Position numbers and translations under genes: made by a program
Shown: positions 29,400-38,262 of the stretch, piece after piece
How the letters are laid out: the number at the start of each line of letters is the position of its first letter
Position numbering within the stretch: position 1 is the stretch's first letter
The notes under the pieces: generated by a model
Told to the model about the DNA's origin: nothing
Seen by the model: the letters and a program-made list of their open reading frames with translations, nothing else
Databases searched by the model: none
NCBI GenBank assembly: GCA_030615605.1
Contig: JAUWYY010000005.1
Span: 43,682 to 107,681, forward strand
DNA length: 64,000 nucleotides
From: a bacterium
Lineage (GTDB): Bacteria > Armatimonadota > Zipacnadia > Zipacnadales > Zipacnadaceae
Direction: 5' to 3'

Positions 29400-30260
29400 C
29401 TATGTTTCCGGGTTGTTTTCGGGGGTGTTTTCGGCGGGTATGGTGCGGCGGAGCCAGTCTCGGTAGTTCTGGAGGTTTTTCCGAATGGTGTCGGCGTCCG
29501 TGCGAAGAGCAGCCTCGTACTCGGGCGAGACGGTGTCGAAGTCTGGGCGAGGGCGAAATCCTAGTTCATAGGAGATGTCGGCGAGGTGCATGTGAATGTT
29601 GTGTCTGGCGTGGTCTGAGAGCCGGAGAATGCGGTCGCAGGCGTCCAGCCAGCCGGTCTCGGTGATCAGGTCGGGGCCGCGGCGGCGCTGGGGTAAGTCA
29701 AACGTCTCTTTGCAGGTATCGCGGAACTCTGTGAGAAGCGTGTCGAGGTCGGTGGCGGCGGAAGCAACGGCTATTACCATCAGCTCGCCGTCGATATCGG
29801 AGACGCAAACGCCTCCAAAGATCATGGGGATTGGGGCGGGGACCTCAAGGAAGCCGGTGACGATGTGACGCGAGAGGGCCCGGCCGACTGCGATGGGGAA
29901 GTTGTCAAAGTCTAGGGCGGGGCGAAGAGCCTCGATGATGGAGGGGATAGTGTCCTGGGGGCCCGTGGGCGGCGGCGGGGATGGCTGTGAGAGGAAATCG
30001 GGAAGGCCAGGCGAGTCCTGGTCGAGGTCTTCGGTCAAGGTACGAAAAGCGAAGTCACAGGCTTCGGCCTCGAAGTTCTCGGGCGGGTGGTGTTCCAGGT
30101 TATAGCGAAGACCATCGAGGGTCTCGGCTGGGACGATATCCTCCCGGTCGCGAATGGATTCGACGAAGCGTTGGTATTTCTCGCTGGATATGAGGCGCCA
30201 GGTGATGGCGTCGGCGAGTTTGTCGGGCGCGCCTATGAGTTCGGTGTCGAAGTCGCTCAT
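29400..30260 (-). CDS. Hypothetical protein (acidic, Pro-rich linker), first gene of integrase operon
   Basis: 286-aa ORF co-directional with and upstream of 28155-29300. No recognisable domain. Confidence 0.45.
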   Translation of the reverse strand: MSDFDTELIGAPDKLADAITWRLISSEKYQRFVESIRDREDIVPAETLDGLRYNLEHHPPENFEAEACDFAFRTLTEDLDQDSPGLPDFLSQPSPPPPTGPQDTIPSIIEALRPALDFDNFPIAVGRALSRHIVTGFLEVPAPIPMIFGGVCVSDIDGELMVIAVASAATDLDTLLTEFRDTCKETFDLPQRRRGPDLITETGWLDACDRILRLSDHARHNIHMHLADISYELGFRPRPDFDTVSPEYEAALRTDADTIRKNLQNYRDWLRRTIPAENTPENNPET

Positions 30261-30663
30261 GATAGGTAAGAGAAAAGGTCCTCGATGTAGTGGGGCAGCA
30301 GTCGCCGATATATTCTTCGCGGCGGGTAGGATTCCTTTGGTGTGGTTGGGAGAAGGTTAATGGTGAAGGTGTCGAGGGGGTTATTCATGGCCGATGTTCT
30401 GCACTTTCTGCACCTCAGGTGAGTGCTGGTGTGATCGAATTTGCTGTGACAAGCTCTTGGACAGGTTAAGTGGAGAGGAGGTTCTCAGCAGGCGGCGAAA
30501 GTGGAGAACAGCGGCGGGCCGGGACAATTGACAGGAACCGGGGGACCAGCGTACACTGGGGGTAAGTAGCGGTGACGTTGAACGCTGCCATAGTGGCACC
30601 CGCCGAAGGCAGAGGTCCGACGGCGAAGGAATAAACGTAGTCGACGGAACGGGAGCCCGGCCT

Positions 30664-31806
30664 ATGTCATACGAGTCCGTTGATGCTCTGCAAAAGTTGC
30701 TATCCGAAGAAGTGTTTCACTATGCCAGCGACAAGAAAAAGGCCGCCGGTAGGGCACTAGGGACCATTGTTGAAATTATTACCTACTATATCTTGCGCAG
30801 TTGGGGGCTTCGAGATTGTGTAGCCATAGAGACGCGACTTCCCGAGTTCGCAAATCCTGAGATCAGTCATAATGTTGAATTTTCTCTCCACCCAATCATT
30901 GCGACCCGCTCCGTCGAGTTTGATGCAGTACCTCCGATCACTGCGAAGAAGATTTGCAGGCAAACGTGTATCACTGCCGATGATCAGCTGAGCAGTAGCA
31001 AGAGTACTCAGCTGCTGAGCACAGATGGACTGCTAAGGAATTCCTGCTCTGTTCTAGATGTACCGATAGGTTCGTACGTTGCGCATTTGGATTCATTCTT
31101 GGATGGGAAATGCTGTATTACGCTTTGTCTTCACGATGCGCACCCTTACGCAGTTGTTGAGTGCAAGCGCGTGGGGGTGGAAGAGGGTATGAAGAAGGGA
31201 CCTCAGACTATCGAGAAGGCGAAGCAGGGCGCATATGTGGCAAGTAGGGTGTCGAGCGTTCAGAAAATCAGATTGAGAGACGGCACTCTGGGCGGTGTCG
31301 TTGAGAAGGTGAATGGAACACTTCTCTACGAAAAGAGATACGACGACCTTCGAAAAAGGATCATGGACTCAGATGTGTCGGAACTGCTGAGGGGGTTCAT
31401 TCTTACAGTAGGTGTTGTGAGCAATCACGGAAATTGGTTTACTTCTGGCGATCAAAATAAGGAGCTCAAAGTCCTATCCCAGTCGTATGATTGGTTGATC
31501 TTCTTGACAGATACAGGACTGGTGCAGTTCATCAATGACCTATTGATGGACACGGTGGCAGAGCTAGAGTCAGCCCGAGATGCTTTCCAGCGAAGCTATT
31601 CGGAGGGTAAAACGAAGAACAGGTTTACAAAGGTCAGAATCGACTGTGAAGCTGATGAGGGAATGCAGGCATATTTTGCCCGGAACTCAGAAAAGGTTGA
31701 GACATGGTTCAATGTGATCGCGCCAGAATCACAAACACTTGAAGTACTGCGAACAGAACTTGATGCATTGAGTAGAAAGGATTGGAGGCGGATTCATTCG
31801 TTATGA
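30664..31806 (+). CDS. Putative type II restriction endonuclease (PD-(D/E)xK candidate), cognate of the downstream MTase
   Basis: GC clearly lower than flanks. Candidate catalytic motif LHDAHPYAVVECK (D...E-x-K). 25-nt overlap with the downstream adenine MTase gene. Confidence 0.4.
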   Translation: MSYESVDALQKLLSEEVFHYASDKKKAAGRALGTIVEIITYYILRSWGLRDCVAIETRLPEFANPEISHNVEFSLHPIIATRSVEFDAVPPITAKKICRQTCITADDQLSSSKSTQLLSTDGLLRNSCSVLDVPIGSYVAHLDSFLDGKCCITLCLHDAHPYAVVECKRVGVEEGMKKGPQTIEKAKQGAYVASRVSSVQKIRLRDGTLGGVVEKVNGTLLYEKRYDDLRKRIMDSDVSELLRGFILTVGVVSNHGNWFTSGDQNKELKVLSQSYDWLIFLTDTGLVQFINDLLMDTVAELESARDAFQRSYSEGKTKNRFTKVRIDCEADEGMQAYFARNSEKVETWFNVIAPESQTLEVLRTELDALSRKDWRRIHSL

Positions 31807-32390
31807 CAGCTGGGCGAAGCGCGAACTCATTGAGCCAAGATTGGGGCACTCCTAAGAAATATGTGGATGCCGTGAAGAAAGTTTTCGGGGGAGTGATTGA
31901 CTTAGACCCGTGCTCTAATGAGCATTCGGTCGTTGGAGCACAAACAGAGTATTGCCTCCCAGAAAAGGACGGACTTTGCGAATCGTGGTGCTTTGGGCGG
32001 ATATACGTTAATCCTCCTTATGGAGCGGACCGTGAAAGAGGGACAAGGATCAGTAACTGGTTGTCTAAGTGTGCGGAGGCCTACAGAGCACATGGGTCAG
32101 AAGTTCTGGCGCTAGTCCCAGTGGCCGCCAATACTACTCACTGGAAGAAATATGTGTGGGGGTGCGCAACAGCGGTCGCCTTTCTCTATGACACGAGATT
32201 GAAATTCTTGATAGGTGGGGTAGAGAACGGGAAGGGAGCACCGATGGCTTGTGCAATGGTTTACTGGGGAGGTAATTACGATAGATTCTTCGATGTCTTC
32301 ACTATGTTTGGGGCGGTCGCTGACTTGCGACCACTGAAGGGAAAGAGGATTGGTGGACGTGACTTGGCTCTTCCGGCGCTGGCGCAATAA
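31782..32390 (+). CDS. DNA N6-adenine methyltransferase, phage-type Dam (PF05869-like)
   Basis: DWGTPKKYVDAVKKVFGGVIDLDPCS...GRIYVNPPYG. The DxWxTP...LDPcs...NPPY family signature. Confidence 0.8.
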   Translation: MEADSFVMTAGRSANSLSQDWGTPKKYVDAVKKVFGGVIDLDPCSNEHSVVGAQTEYCLPEKDGLCESWCFGRIYVNPPYGADRERGTRISNWLSKCAEAYRAHGSEVLALVPVAANTTHWKKYVWGCATAVAFLYDTRLKFLIGGVENGKGAPMACAMVYWGGNYDRFFDVFTMFGAVADLRPLKGKRIGGRDLALPALAQ

Positions 32391-32719
32391 CGCACGAAGT
32401 GCAACATCCAGTGTAGTGTGGTTATTGGGGAGGACTTCCAGTGGCGAGCAAGGATGACTACGAGCAGGTGGGTGGTTGGGTAGGGGCGGGGGTGAGGGGT
32501 AGAAGCGAGGCCTCGGGGGTAGTGCGGCAGCAGTGGGTGGTGTATTCGTTGCGGGGCGTAGGATTCCGTTGGCGTGCCGGGGAGAAGATTAGTGGTAGTC
32601 GGTGGGGAAATGTCGTGGCCTAGTCTATGAGGGGGAGGCTCGTCGGGATGATGCAAGAGGTAAAGCGCTGGTTAGGGTGTCCGTTGCGCCGATGAGGGGG
32701 AATATAGATTGGGTATGGG

Positions 32720-32935
32720 TTAGGCAATCCTCGCATATGGGTAACCGGCCTTCTTGATGTGCTGGTCGAGGTAAGTGCCTTTAGAGGAGGCGCTTAGAAG
32801 ACCTAAGTGGTGGGCTTCGGGGACGCCAATATATTGGTAGACAGCTCCCGTTAGGAACATGATCTCCAGAGTCTGGGTTTGAGGATCGTAGCCGACTTCA
32901 GCTAGGTTAGAGGAAGAGACAGGCATGCGGTCCAT
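32720..32935 (-). CDS. KTSC domain protein
   Basis: VSSSNLAEVGYDPQTQTLEIMFLTGAVYQYIGVPEAHHLGLLSASSKGTYLDQHIK matches the KTSC pattern. Confidence 0.6.
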   Translation of the reverse strand: MDRMPVSSSNLAEVGYDPQTQTLEIMFLTGAVYQYIGVPEAHHLGLLSASSKGTYLDQHIKKAGYPYARIA

Positions 32936-32947
32936 TTTCTGTTCTCC

Positions 32948-34711
32948 TTAGGATGTGGACTGGGTACGCCAGGCTGTGACAGCTTGGTCATAAGGGGTTG
33001 ATGCCTCCGGGTTGGTGGCCCACGCCGCGATGACATCAGGATCAGTGCTCTGGGGGCGTGGTTCAACGAGCGGGAAGCGGACTCTTGTTGGAATCTGAAT
33101 GGCTTCGCCGCTGACGACGGCCTCTCCGGTGCGGAGGGCCGGGAGGAGGTCGACGAGGGCGGTCAGACCCTCGGGAAGAGTGGATCGAATTCTGGCTCGG
33201 TCATCGGAGTTGGATAGACGTAGGGCGAAGAATGTGCCGCACTGCGAGAGAAGGGTTTCGTCGATCTCTGCGGGGCGTTGAGTGACCAGTATTGCGCCGA
33301 CGCCATACTTGCGACCCTCCTTTAGGACGCGCTGAACTGCGCGCCTTGCATAGCCTGTGACTGACTGGACATCTGATCGTGGGAGATACGAGTGGGCCTC
33401 CTCGTAGACTAGGACGATGGGTCGCTGGCGGCCGATGCCCGGCAGATTTCGGCCCCAGAACATGCCCTCAAAGAGTATGCGGGTTAGTGTGCTCACTACG
33501 AGGTCGATAACCTCAAAGGGGACGCCAGCGAGGTCGAAGACGGTGATAGGGTGAGTATGTCCTATCCAGTCTTGGAGAAGGTGATGGAGGTCTTTGTTGT
33601 GACCATCGTACTGCGTGGGGTTGAGAAGGAAGTCGAAGCGACGGTCTTTCAGGCGGCCAAGTATCTTGCTGACATATGATGACATGGGAGTCTGGATGGC
33701 TGGCTTGTACGGGGCTGCAGAGCCTGCTCCTGGGGGAGTAAACGTGGCCGAAATCAGAGTGGTGGCATCTCCCTCGCTGACTAAGGCTTCTTGCGAGCGT
33801 GGCATGTCGAGGTACGTGACGCGCTCTGCTCGGTCTAAAGCGTACCAAAGCTCGCGGATATCAAAGGGGATAGGTGAATCAACAGTGATCTCGTCTGGGC
33901 TTACGGCACCGGCTGATAGGGAGTCGGCGCGGGCGCGCTTGGCCTGGAATATGTGCTCCCGAAGGATGACGTCCTGTAGCGATTCTGAAGTAGTCTTCCG
34001 TTCAACGAGGAACCAGGAGAGTTCGTCAAAGGATAGTGCCCAGTAGGGGATGAGCAAAGGGTGTTGAGGGTCACGGATGCGATAGACGCGACTGTAGCCT
34101 TGGAAAGCACTCGCATACTCGCCATGCGGGTCGATGACGAGGAAGCGGGCGTTGGGGTAGGTAGCGGGGTTGACGGCTGTCAGAAGGTTGGCGACGGCGT
34201 TGGACTTTCCAGCGCCGGTTGCGCCCACGATACATAGATGTCGTGTCACAATCTTGTTCAGGTCAACTCTCGCTGGTAGGGATTGCGAGGCAGCATGGGT
34301 GCCTACGATGATGTGGGATGGTCCCTGCGGGGGATAGATGGTTGCTGTGTCTTCTTCGGTGACGACGTGCACCTCGTCATCAATGGTGGGAAAGATGCTG
34401 ATTCCTCTTTGGAAGGGGTCGCCGGAGTAGGATTCGCCAACTAGCTGGACCTCTATCCAGCGTTGGCCGGTTGGGGGAAGAGGCGGCGCGCTTTCGAGCA
34501 CGTCAAGTTCGGAGGCGCCGACCATGGATACAATGCCATAGAGGTTGAGGTAGCCTATGGGGATCCGAACGAAGGAGCCGATTTGGCCGAGGCGGTGGAG
34601 TCTTCCGCCAATGATGGGGCTGGCTGAGGGAATCTGCGGTGACAGTTCGATGAAGATTCTCGCTCCGACGACACGACGAACGATCCCTAGGAAGGTTGGG
34701 TCAGTCTTCAT
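32948..34711 (-). CDS. herA: HerA-like (DUF87) ATPase of SIR2-HerA antiphage system
   Basis: Walker A HLCIVGATGAGKSNAVANLL. Walker B IVLVYEEAHSYLP. 4-nt overlap (ATGA) with the upstream SIR2 gene. Confidence 0.8.
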   Translation of the reverse strand: MKTDPTFLGIVRRVVGARIFIELSPQIPSASPIIGGRLHRLGQIGSFVRIPIGYLNLYGIVSMVGASELDVLESAPPLPPTGQRWIEVQLVGESYSGDPFQRGISIFPTIDDEVHVVTEEDTATIYPPQGPSHIIVGTHAASQSLPARVDLNKIVTRHLCIVGATGAGKSNAVANLLTAVNPATYPNARFLVIDPHGEYASAFQGYSRVYRIRDPQHPLLIPYWALSFDELSWFLVERKTTSESLQDVILREHIFQAKRARADSLSAGAVSPDEITVDSPIPFDIRELWYALDRAERVTYLDMPRSQEALVSEGDATTLISATFTPPGAGSAAPYKPAIQTPMSSYVSKILGRLKDRRFDFLLNPTQYDGHNKDLHHLLQDWIGHTHPITVFDLAGVPFEVIDLVVSTLTRILFEGMFWGRNLPGIGRQRPIVLVYEEAHSYLPRSDVQSVTGYARRAVQRVLKEGRKYGVGAILVTQRPAEIDETLLSQCGTFFALRLSNSDDRARIRSTLPEGLTALVDLLPALRTGEAVVSGEAIQIPTRVRFPLVEPRPQSTDPDVIAAWATNPEASTPYDQAVTAWRTQSTS

Positions 34712-36075
34712 TTGGGTGCCTCGTCATCTCCTGGTGGTGGGGGAGTCGGGGGCATTGGTGGCTCTGGTGGAGACGAGTGGACAGTGACTGACGAGCCGAG
34801 AAAAGAGGCCAGGTACTGCGCGAACTCCGAGAAGTGGCCAAGGGTGAAGACACCGGATGGGGGGCCTTCGGCAGCGGGGGGAGCGTTCAACGGGGGTTCC
34901 TGGGGGGAGTGCCAATCTCCTTTTACGGTGCCGACGTAAGCGTTGATTGGATCATACACGGTGAGGTTCCGATGCTGTGAGGCGTGGCGGGCGAGGGTGG
35001 GGGTAGCTGGGTCGTGGAGCAGGACCGTAACTGCAAGGCTGGAGTTCGCGCGTAGGCATTGGAGTATGATCTCGTTGATGTGCTGATCAGCAAAGCTATA
35101 TCCAGCGACGATGAGAAGGACGTCTGGGATCAAGAGCAAGGTGCGGAGACGGTCGTGGTATGCCACGAATGGCAGTTTGCGTGAGTCGGAGTACTTCTCG
35201 TGGGACGGAAATATGATGTATTCGTCGGCTTCAGTGACAGTGTCAAGGGGAGCTCGGGCAATGCGATGGGAGTCGTCGAGCTGGGTCTTGACGCGTCGCC
35301 AGCCGATTGAGCCATGGAGCTTCCACAGACGAACCCAGGTGCGGGGCACCGCAGATATATCTGTGCCGAGTCTGGCGTCAGCTTCCACGGTGGAGGGGGC
35401 GAAGAATGGCTCGACGGAGCCAACGAAACCGTCGAAGAAGTAGGTACCAACGTCTTCCATGGCCATTTCGAGCAGAAGGTCGTAATTGGTGGTAAAGACC
35501 TCGATAGGGTAGTCTCTGGGGATGGTACGTAGCCATTGTGCGAAGATTCGCTGGGGGAGGGAATCTTTGGGAGGGGGCTCACTGAGGATCTTAGCGATTG
35601 ACCTGCATATCTGGCGGTCGAGGGGGCAAGCATGCGGACAGGCCAGGGCGGTGTCTGTGGCAGACATTCCAGGGTCGCCATGAGCGGCGCAGATTCGCCC
35701 GCTATCGAGAGAATCGGGAGTCATTGGCGAGACGATCTCGCGGCAAAGACGGATGCGGGTCAGTGCGGCCTCTATGTTGGCATCCGGTCCAAGGCGTTGG
35801 AGCAGATCGGAATAGATGGCAAGCCAGGGAGGGGAAAGCTCCTGTGGAAGCCTTTGGGTGAGTTGGGCCATTCCTGGCATTCCGACGGCCATGGAGGTTC
35901 CGGCGCCGAGCAGGAAGGCGATTCGCCGCTTGTCGGAGGCAAGCTGTTCTCTGAGTTCGGACCTCTCGCGCGCAGGGTCATAGATGAGCCGGTTGGTCAA
36001 TGGAGGCCTCCCCGTCGGATGAGGTACGGGACGTTGGGCTGGGGTGTAGGCCGAATGGATGTGACGCAGTGTCAA
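34708..36075 (-). CDS. SIR2-family (SIR2_2/DHS-like NAD-binding) protein of SIR2-HerA antiphage system
   Basis: IAFLLGAGTSMAVGMPGMAQL (GAGxS...G.P motif) and VFTTNYDLLLE (TTNYD motif of SIR2_2). Confidence 0.75.
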   Translation of the reverse strand: MTLRHIHSAYTPAQRPVPHPTGRPPLTNRLIYDPARERSELREQLASDKRRIAFLLGAGTSMAVGMPGMAQLTQRLPQELSPPWLAIYSDLLQRLGPDANIEAALTRIRLCREIVSPMTPDSLDSGRICAAHGDPGMSATDTALACPHACPLDRQICRSIAKILSEPPPKDSLPQRIFAQWLRTIPRDYPIEVFTTNYDLLLEMAMEDVGTYFFDGFVGSVEPFFAPSTVEADARLGTDISAVPRTWVRLWKLHGSIGWRRVKTQLDDSHRIARAPLDTVTEADEYIIFPSHEKYSDSRKLPFVAYHDRLRTLLLIPDVLLIVAGYSFADQHINEIILQCLRANSSLAVTVLLHDPATPTLARHASQHRNLTVYDPINAYVGTVKGDWHSPQEPPLNAPPAAEGPPSGVFTLGHFSEFAQYLASFLGSSVTVHSSPPEPPMPPTPPPPGDDEAPK

Positions 36076-36327
36076 CCAGCATTTGATTTAGTATACAGAT
36101 TCGCGGTCACTAGTGCAAGTTCTCCAATGTGGAGAACAGGGGACGAGGAATGGCGGCGTAACGAGTTTTTGGGTTAGAGGGGCAAGGAGGTGGCAGGCTC
36201 GGTTTGGTCGAACTATGCACCAGCTCGGTGTGGTGGTGGCGGGGAAGGGCAATAGTGGAACCTTTGGCCGATATTATGTATTCACTGGGAAGCCTGAAAA
36301 GGCCGAAGAAGGGGCATTTCTGAATAC

Positions 36328-36355
36328 ATAACTCGGCTTATAGACTCACTTTCCG
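36328..36355 (+). repeat. 28-bp motif ATAACTCGGCTTATAGACTCACTTTCCG (copy 2), ~170 nt upstream of integrase
   Basis: See copy 1 at 25454-25481. Confidence 0.7.
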
Positions 36356-36523
36356 TGGACAAATCGGGGCCGGATGTTCACAAGTAGCCAGAAAAAGCGG
36401 GCCATAACCTCTCTTATCGTGCCTACTTGTGGCAGGCTTGTGAATTCCGGCAGACAAATGTAACTCCTGAGCGCAGTAAGGTTCGCTTCGCGCTTCTGGT
36501 GCACAGAAAGGATGTGCACATAA

Positions 36524-37468
36524 GTGCAAAGCATTATAGACACACTTGCTCAGGAATTCCTGCTCTACCTGCAGGCCGAGAGGGGCTGCAGCCCCCTTAC
36601 CGCCACGTCTTACCGCTCCGATCTGACACAATTGTTCACACATTTGCAAGAAAGCTACGGGGTGGATGAGCCTGCGGAAATCACTGTGGAAATGGTCCGG
36701 TCGTGGATCGTTGCCATGTACGAACGCGGGCTGTGCAGCAACAGTGTGGCCCGTAGGGTCTGTTCGCTGAAGAGCTTCTGGAAGTATCTGTGCGAACGGG
36801 ATCTGGCTGCACCAGAGGTCGTAGCGAGAGTCAGCACGCCGCGACGGGAGAAGACGCTTCCGACTTATCTCAGCAAAGAGTCGTTGCAGAAGCTGCTAGA
36901 TGCAACTCTGCAACAACGCACTGAGTATTGCGCTTTCCGTGACTATGCGATAATGGCCACGTTCATCTACGCGGGCCTACGGCGGGGCGAGCTGCTCAAT
37001 CTTAAAATGGGCGATGTTGATCTAGGCGCTCGGACACTGCGTGTTGTGCGCGGAAAGGGGAACAAGACGCGTATTATTCCGCTGGTCGAGGAGCTGGAGG
37101 AGGCGATTGCTGATTGGCTAGAGTACCGCCGCACCAAGGGGCACGATTACCTGTTCACCACCAACCGGGGCAACCGCATCTACCCAAGCCGCCTGCAGAT
37201 CATCTGGAAGAACATCCTTAACCGGAGTGGCATCAACCGGTCCGGCGTGAGCATGCATACGTTGCGGCATTCTTTTGCGACGCTCCTGCTGCAAACTGGT
37301 AACGCTGATCTGGTCTCCATCCAGCATCTGCTTGGCCACAGCCGACTGGACACGACGGCCATCTATCTGCATGTCGATGCCCAGCAACTGCGTGAGGCAA
37401 TCACGGCGCATCCGCTGTCTAGCGCAAGCGGAGGCGCACAGCCAAGTCGCTCAGTACAGAGCTTATGA
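36524..37468 (+). CDS. Tyrosine recombinase / integrase (paralog of 25617-26510)
   Basis: LYLQAERGCS, RVVRGKGNKTRIIPL, HTLRHSFATLLLQTGNADLVSIQHLLGHSRLDTTAIYLHV. Collinear similarity to the 25617 integrase. Confidence 0.9.
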   Translation: MQSIIDTLAQEFLLYLQAERGCSPLTATSYRSDLTQLFTHLQESYGVDEPAEITVEMVRSWIVAMYERGLCSNSVARRVCSLKSFWKYLCERDLAAPEVVARVSTPRREKTLPTYLSKESLQKLLDATLQQRTEYCAFRDYAIMATFIYAGLRRGELLNLKMGDVDLGARTLRVVRGKGNKTRIIPLVEELEEAIADWLEYRRTKGHDYLFTTNRGNRIYPSRLQIIWKNILNRSGINRSGVSMHTLRHSFATLLLQTGNADLVSIQHLLGHSRLDTTAIYLHVDAQQLREAITAHPLSSASGGAQPSRSVQSL

Positions 37469-37573
37469 CCTCCGGGGGAAGAATAGAAGATAGTCGCGGC
37501 GTGCCTGGTGAGGGAAGGACGCTGCAGCGGCTGCATCCTCCGCGGACGCCAGCATCCTGGGTCCCGCCAACAG

Positions 37574-38149
37574 TCACTCCATCTTCCTAATGCAAGCGGT
37601 ACACCTTTCCTCGCCATCAATGAACCATCGCTGGCAGGGCACGTCGGTCGCCGTGTCGCCAAAGATGAGTAAGAGCCCGTAGCGGTATCCGAACTGTCCA
37701 CAGCGGCTGGTGAAGCGCTTGAGTTTGTCCTCATCTATTGACATGCTATCGGGGTGGCACCGTTTCTTGGCCTCGATCACCAGCAGGTTGTGGCTGGTGC
37801 ACCTGCGGTGGACGATGATATCAGGATAAACCGTCTTGGCCTCTACGTCATCTGGCTCCAGACATTTGTACTTGGCTTGCGAGCATTCGTATTCTCGGCG
37901 CAAGCGCTTAATCTGATCGCCGTCCCTATTGTACTCGCAGTCTACATCCCAGTCGGGGAAGACCTTCTGCAGATGCTCGCCAAGTTTGTGGGTGATAGAC
38001 CGCTCGTTCGCGTCGACGTGGATCAGGTCTTGGTCATTATTGAGGAACCGCCCGAGTGCTTCGTCAACGCGTTCCGCCACCTCTTCACCCGATGGATACT
38101 GTGGGTCTGCTTGCTCCCGATTTGCCATGCGCGTCGCCTCCGGTGCCAC
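37574..38149 (-). CDS. Small PD-(D/E)xK nuclease-fold protein (putative)
   Basis: VYPDIIVHRRCTSHNLLVIEAKK (PD-x13-E-A-K) preceded by an acidic helix. Confidence 0.45.
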   Translation of the reverse strand: MAPEATRMANREQADPQYPSGEEVAERVDEALGRFLNNDQDLIHVDANERSITHKLGEHLQKVFPDWDVDCEYNRDGDQIKRLRREYECSQAKYKCLEPDDVEAKTVYPDIIVHRRCTSHNLLVIEAKKRCHPDSMSIDEDKLKRFTSRCGQFGYRYGLLLIFGDTATDVPCQRWFIDGEERCTACIRKME

Positions 38150-38159
38150 AAGAGTGCCT

Positions 38160-38262
38160 ACTTCGTCTTTGCCGCGTCTCCCATCCGGTACTTGATGTCG
38201 TAGTTGATGATGAAGTCCAGCTCCTCAATGGCGTGGTCGGTGGCGCTTATCTGCCGCTACGT
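38160..38262 (-). repeat. Degenerate copy (DR-A) of the 3' end of the type IIG R-M gene
   Basis: Directly after the TAG stop of the 467-aa ORF, in the same frame, it encodes RQISATDHAIEELD..., cf. QIAATDQAIDKL at the C-terminus of the 40921-44022 gene. About 36 nt of nucleotide similarity (TCAATGGCNTGGTCGGTGGCG). Confidence 0.5.
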
